From the NCBI RefSeq assembly GCF_032191835.1, contig NC_083228.1, positions 53,382,001 through 53,446,000 of the forward strand: a stretch of 64,000 bases of DNA, read 5' to 3'. The notes beneath the pieces are model-generated. The model was not told the DNA's origin and did not search any database. It saw only the letters and a list, made by a program, of their open reading frames with translations. Shown here piece after piece: positions 58,812 to 64,000 of the stretch. How positions within the stretch are numbered: position 1 is the first letter of the stretch; each line of letters begins with the position of its first letter. The stretch is from Heteronotia binoei. Its lineage: Eukaryota. Both the position numbers and the translations under genes were made by a program.

Positions 58812-59247
58812 GAAGAAGAAGATATTGAATTTATATCCCACCCCATACTCTGAATATCAGTCTCAGAGTGGTCACAATCTTCTTCACCTTCCTCCCCCAC
58901 AACAGACACCCTGTGAGGTAGGTGGGGCTGAGAGAGCTCTTGCAGCAGCTGCCCTTTCAAGGACAACTCCTACAAGAGCTTGACCCAAGGCCATTCCAGC
59001 AGGTGCAAGTGGAGGAGTGGGGAATCAAACCCGGGTATCCCAGATAAGCAGGCCTTGAATTCAGCAGGAGCTCACAGGAGTGCAGCTTCTGAACCATTCT
59101 GACGGTTCCCCCTTCCTCCTCCCAATCTTGTCCATTGAATAGCAAGTGCAACTGCATAACAATCCCTGGATGAGCTTCACCACTTATTTTTCTACAAAAT
59201 GACCCCTGCAGGTAAGAGTCCATGCATTTAACCGCTACACCAAACTG
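58812..59247 (-). mobile_element. Squam3-like SINE interrupted by a hAT MITE
   Basis: SINE sequence resumes after the 160-bp insert at the duplicated CAGATAAG/CAGGTAAG. Confidence 0.85.
59049..59208 (-). mobile_element. hAT-type MITE (second family) nested in a SINE
   Basis: CAGG...CCTG ends; 8-bp TSD with one mismatch; homologous to 50975. Confidence 0.85.
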
Positions 59248-62200
59248 ACTCTCTGGAGAAGTACAGCTGCCTCCTGTCATACTTGTGTCCGTCAGGGCAA
59301 GAAGAATTTTAGCTGTTCCTTCCCACCTCTGTGAGAGGGAGTATTTTGTAAATGCTACTATTAATAATATGTCATCAGTATGCATGGTGCTGTACAGAGT
59401 ACAAGAAAATAAGTCACTGCACCAAGGATTTTATAATCTAAAATTTGACAGGAGGGAAACTGAAAAAGGAGGTAGAAGCAGAGATGAACAAAGGGAAGAA
59501 CATGTGTTCATTCATTCCAGTTAGCGGCACTTAGATTTACATTCAGTAGTATGGTAGTGTTAGAAAGAGGAATTTGAAGGAAAGGACAGAGGTGGCACCA
59601 TGCAGGTGTTCTGGAAGGCAGTTCCATTAACATAGCCCAGGTTGTAGTGCAATTGGTCAGTGACAATGGTAGTGCCCTTCTTCCCATTCACAAATGTAGA
59701 AATCTGATGAGCTTTCTAGGGAAGAATGAGGGAAGAATAGGAATAAGGGATATTTAGGGATTGAAAGTTCAGCAACCCAGTGACTCCATAAGCTGAATTC
59801 ATTAGCCTACTCTGGCCTACTTGCAATGTCTCTATACAAAGTCAGTTGAGGAACAGCTGCTGGCTCAGCATCATCACTGGTCTGCTATGCAATAGAAGAG
59901 GGACAGAAGCTTCAGCCCAGAGCATTAAGGGTCACCTCAAATGCACTTCTAAAACTCCCCTTCAGCAACACAACAGCAATTACCATGTCCAATGCCTCAG
60001 AAACTGTGGTGGTCTGTGACATTCTTACCACTCTGATACTGTGGAAGCAAGGAAAGAATAAAGGTAAAGGGACCACAGAGGGTCTTCTCACTGTCTTGTG
60101 ATGAGAATGATTGTGGAATTCATATTTGTTTGTGTGGATGGGACTGACGTGTGGTGTCACTCAACATTTCACAGTGTCTGCCAGCTGACTAATCACCATG
60201 ACATTTAAGCAAATGTCAGTTTTTCTATTAGTTTTATCCACGTACTTATCCATATTTAATCAGGCAATGTCCCCCTGAATACATGACAAACACAATGCAT
60301 TGACTACAAATGTCACTTTAAGAACCCAAATTTCAAACTATAGTAGTGAAACTCAAGACCCAAATTTGCCCCTTTAAACTTGAAATGCTGCATTTTCTGG
60401 GCGCTTTGATTTGGTTCTTAACAAGAACAAACCCTTCCCCAAAATATCTGTTCTTACCCTACTGATTAAAATATGTCCTCAGTTTTTGCCCCTACTAAGA
60501 ATGTTAGTACGTGCATTAGGATGCATCTGAACCAGTGGCTGGATGGTATTTTCATACTGTTTGATGCATGAATTGCAGTTAGTTTTGTGGTTTCTTTCTA
60601 GGATTTAAATATGACTGTAATATCAGGTGCAGTACCATTGCACCATTACTTTGCTACATAGTCTAAGAGACTCCAGTAGCAACAGTGTGCTCAATTGTCT
60701 ATAAAAAGTCAGGCAAGTCTTTTTAAAGAGTTTGTACTTCACTGGTCTGCTCATCTCTGAAGTCTTTTAAATGTTGTTTTATAGCTGGGCTATTAAATTG
60801 TTGTTTCTTCTCTACAAACATGGTCTTCTGAGTTATTTCTAGATCTAACTTTCATTTTGTTACAGGTTTTTTAAGGGATGTAGCTATCAGAAATAATGGC
60901 TAGTAAGACCTGAGACTGTCGAAGGCAATCACAGAGGGAAGCAGTTTCTGAGTGCATTGTGCCCGCTATCCCAGCAGTCCACTAGAAAAATGGAGATGAA
61001 CTACCCACTCAGGGTCTTTTGGAATCCTAGCTGGCATAAAGAAATGGACCCATTATAAAGAGTTTCTGTTCATCCCAAAGCAAAGTTCTGCAATCTACCT
61101 TTAATACCCTTGGCACATAAGAAAAAATAGATAGCATAAGGAGTCTTCTTTAGTTCATTTTGCAGTTTGCTATGCAAACATCATATTTAAAAATTACTTG
61201 GATGTCTTTCTGTCACCTTGGACTCCGCAGATGCTGTTAAGGGCTGCCCCTGCTTTGGTACAGTAACAGAACCAAGCTTCACCTGGATTTGGTCTCAGTA
61301 ACACCCTGAGTAATGCATACCATAACGCAAAAGAAGAAATTCAAGAAAAGGTATTAGAAACAAGGCATATAGTTCAGTGGCAGCATTAATGGACAAACTA
61401 ATACCAGATTCACAGCCGAACTGTGTAAGCTAACAGGCCAAAGTAGATGAACTTTGGCCTGTTAGTAATGGCCAGTATGGTGATGGGGTGGCTAAAACCT
61501 GCAGAGAGTCAGAGACCACTAAAATGAAAACTTAGTTGGAACTAACAGGAATATTCCTCTAACACGGCTTCTCTCTTGACATATGCTATGATCAGAATGA
61601 AGATAATGAGAATATCTGACCTTCAAGAAAGGGAGGAGGAGTGGTCAGGTTAAAGTCAGAAAGCAATGTGAAAGGTAACATGAAGTTCAGGCCAATGAAA
61701 GTGTTAGGCTATGTAACTATGGCATACCAGCATGACAGCTATATATATATATATCTCACCCAGCAATTAAGTAAAAGTGCCATTGGCTCTGAGAAAAAAT
61801 TGAACATCAGATGTTCACGTTTTGCATGAAAAATATCACCAAATTAAAACTTATTCATATGCTTAGGTAACCTCAGCTAATGATTCCTTGCCAAATTGTT
61901 TGAATAATGAGGAGATTCTTTTCATACTGTTGAAATTCAAGTGAAGGACTAAGGCCCCCAAATAATTAGAGCCCTGTTATTCCACCCTGGAATAAGTAAC
62001 ATCCTGCTACTTTAAACTGGATTTGAGACTCCATTCTTACTTTTTACATGGAGAAAGCACATAGGCATACATGCAAAGAAGGCATTTGTAGATATTTTTG
62101 CAGTCTGAGCATATATTTTTGGAAATATCTGCAGACATACATTTTCCCATAGTGAATTTGGTGGCCTCTAGAGAGCAAGAAAAGGTGATATCTAAATTCT

Positions 62201-62856
62201 GGCAGTAGGTGTTGCCTCAATCCAGGGTGAAAATGGGGAATGTGTCTTTGGAAGTTGACTACAAAAATCTCAATTAAGCCCTTTCAGTGATTAAGTATTA
62301 TGATATAGCAAATCTGATAGCTAAAAATGGCATTTCTCATTAAAATTTGCATTCATTCCTGAGGACTGCAAGGTAGCTAAAAGGGGTTCCAGAGGAGATC
62401 CAGAAAATTACAGGCCAGTCAATCTGACATCAATACCAGGTAAATTGGAGATCATAGGATCACCATAAGACAGAAGTGACTTTATGTCAAGCACACTCTA
62501 CAAGAGTTGCCAACTTTCTTTCCTAGTAAAGATCCTGCACCTTTTAATATCAGCACAGCAAGCAGAAATTTAGCAGATAGTTTTATGATCACTGCCTCAG
62601 CATACCAGGAAACATTTCCCCTGGCAGGTTTAATCCTGGTTTTGAAGTTTTCATCCCTGCCTTTTTGCCTCCAAAGTCACCATATCAGCAGTTTCCCTTC
62701 CTCTTTGTTTCTTAGCACCAAATTTCCCCCACACATACCCATTTTCAAACTTTATTTGGGGATCAATAAATCTGCATTATACATATATAAATGATATGCA
62801 TTTGTATTATGTGCACATGTATGATTTTACTATGAATGGATATATAACATACACAT

Positions 62857-63615
62857 AATTCGTCCCTGCCCGGCCGGGCCGCAAAGTGGCTGCATGCTGT
62901 GGGGCCGCGTTTTGCTTCCTCGGAAGGAGGAGAGGCTGGAGAGCTTCCCGGCCATCTGGGGCTGCGTGTGGGCGGTGCGTCGGGGCTATATATAGCCCCA
63001 CCCCCACCCAGATCAATGCAGTTTGTTTCGCTCTCGGCCCACCCACCCATCCTGCAGTAGTACAGGTTTAACCGGTCATCTTATTAGGGGCCAGGTAGGA
63101 ATTTTTCACCCCACCTTATTGGCCTGTGGTGAGGTATTTTTCGCCTACCTTGTACTGCTGGAAGTGGTGTGGAAGTTAGGGATGGATAGGTTAGTTTGGT
63201 CACTTGGCAGAAGGAGCAAGGGGTTTATACCTTGCAGGTGAGCACCCAGGCCACTGCACATGTTAGTGCAGTCAATATGCAGGAACGGAAGATGGGCTTT
63301 AGGGCTCAATGCTGTAGAATGCGGATCGTATTCATGCCTCCCCTAAATTCGCCTCCTTCTGGTGATCGGGGCTGAAGTTGAAGGGGAGGGTAGTTTGTGG
63401 TCTGGCCGGCCCAGCATTAGCCACAATCATATGGCTCGTGCTAGGGGCTTGGTGGCTCGCCCATTATTGGACTTGGTGGGGTCATGGGAAGACCCCAGGG
63501 CTTGTCAAATCGCAGGTAGCCCTTGCCGTTGTTGTTAGTTTTGTTAATTAAATAAAGTGGCCCGTTTCCCAAAATTCTGTGTCAGCCTCTTTATTCCGAC
63601 TGGGGGGGGAGGCAA
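62857..63615 (+). mobile_element. Probable solo terminal-repeat remnant of a Ngaro/DIRS element
   Basis: GC-rich island with TATATA near 62987; 3' end TAAATAAAGTGGCC...CTCTTTATTCCGACTGGGGGGGAGGCAAATA parallels 36160-36232; no coding remnant. Confidence 0.6.
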
Positions 63616-64000
63616 ATAAACATGCCTAGAAAACACAATGGAAACTATGACAAAACAAGAAACAAAATTCACTTATCTCTATAATATACAGAGCATTTAA
63701 TTGTTTAGATGTATATATCTAGCCATCGTAATGCTATGAGACAAGACTTTTCACAGTGTGCCATTGAACATAAATTAACCATAATATATTATGTCAAAAG
63801 CAGAAAAACTGAAGGACATTATGCTAGAAATATTCAAAGAATGAGGCTCCAGTTTAATACAAACCTAGCAAGCATATGAACTCTTCCTCACCCCACTGAA
63901 AAAATTGTAAATCAAATTATGTTCCTCCTTGAAATATTGTATGGAGGCTTGCAGCCAATGATTGGACTGGTTGCCCATCTTTTTGTCTCTTCTCATCTTC

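Overview
Vertebrate genomic DNA, squamate and probably a gecko (inferred from the SINE, CR1, L2 and hAT families present). The only host gene is GPR26 on the minus strand: coding exon 1 at 39404-38737 and exon 2 at 1950-1837, separated by a ~36.8 kb intron; exon 3 lies beyond the window start. Most other interpretable sequence is transposon-derived: L2, CR1, RTE, L1 and Penelope fragments, tRNA- and 5S-derived SINEs, hAT and Harbinger MITEs with target-site duplications (TSDs), and a decayed Ngaro/DIRS element with a tyrosine recombinase and SGNH hydrolase. The most striking object is a very young 3.7 kb Ty1/copia element (10407-14125). It has 398-bp LTRs differing at one base, a GGCCA TSD and one open 886-codon gag-protease-integrase ORF. 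It has no RT/RNase H, and its integrase lacks the catalytic Glu. Its U5/leader matches about 37 of the first 40 nt of initiator tRNA-Met in a split primer-binding arrangement. Also notable are a near-perfect ~850-bp inverted duplication with a hairpin-containing spacer (21337-22183) and an array of ETS-CRE palindromes inside a hAT remnant. Family names and the tRNA/5S/GPR26 reference sequences are recalled, not searched.
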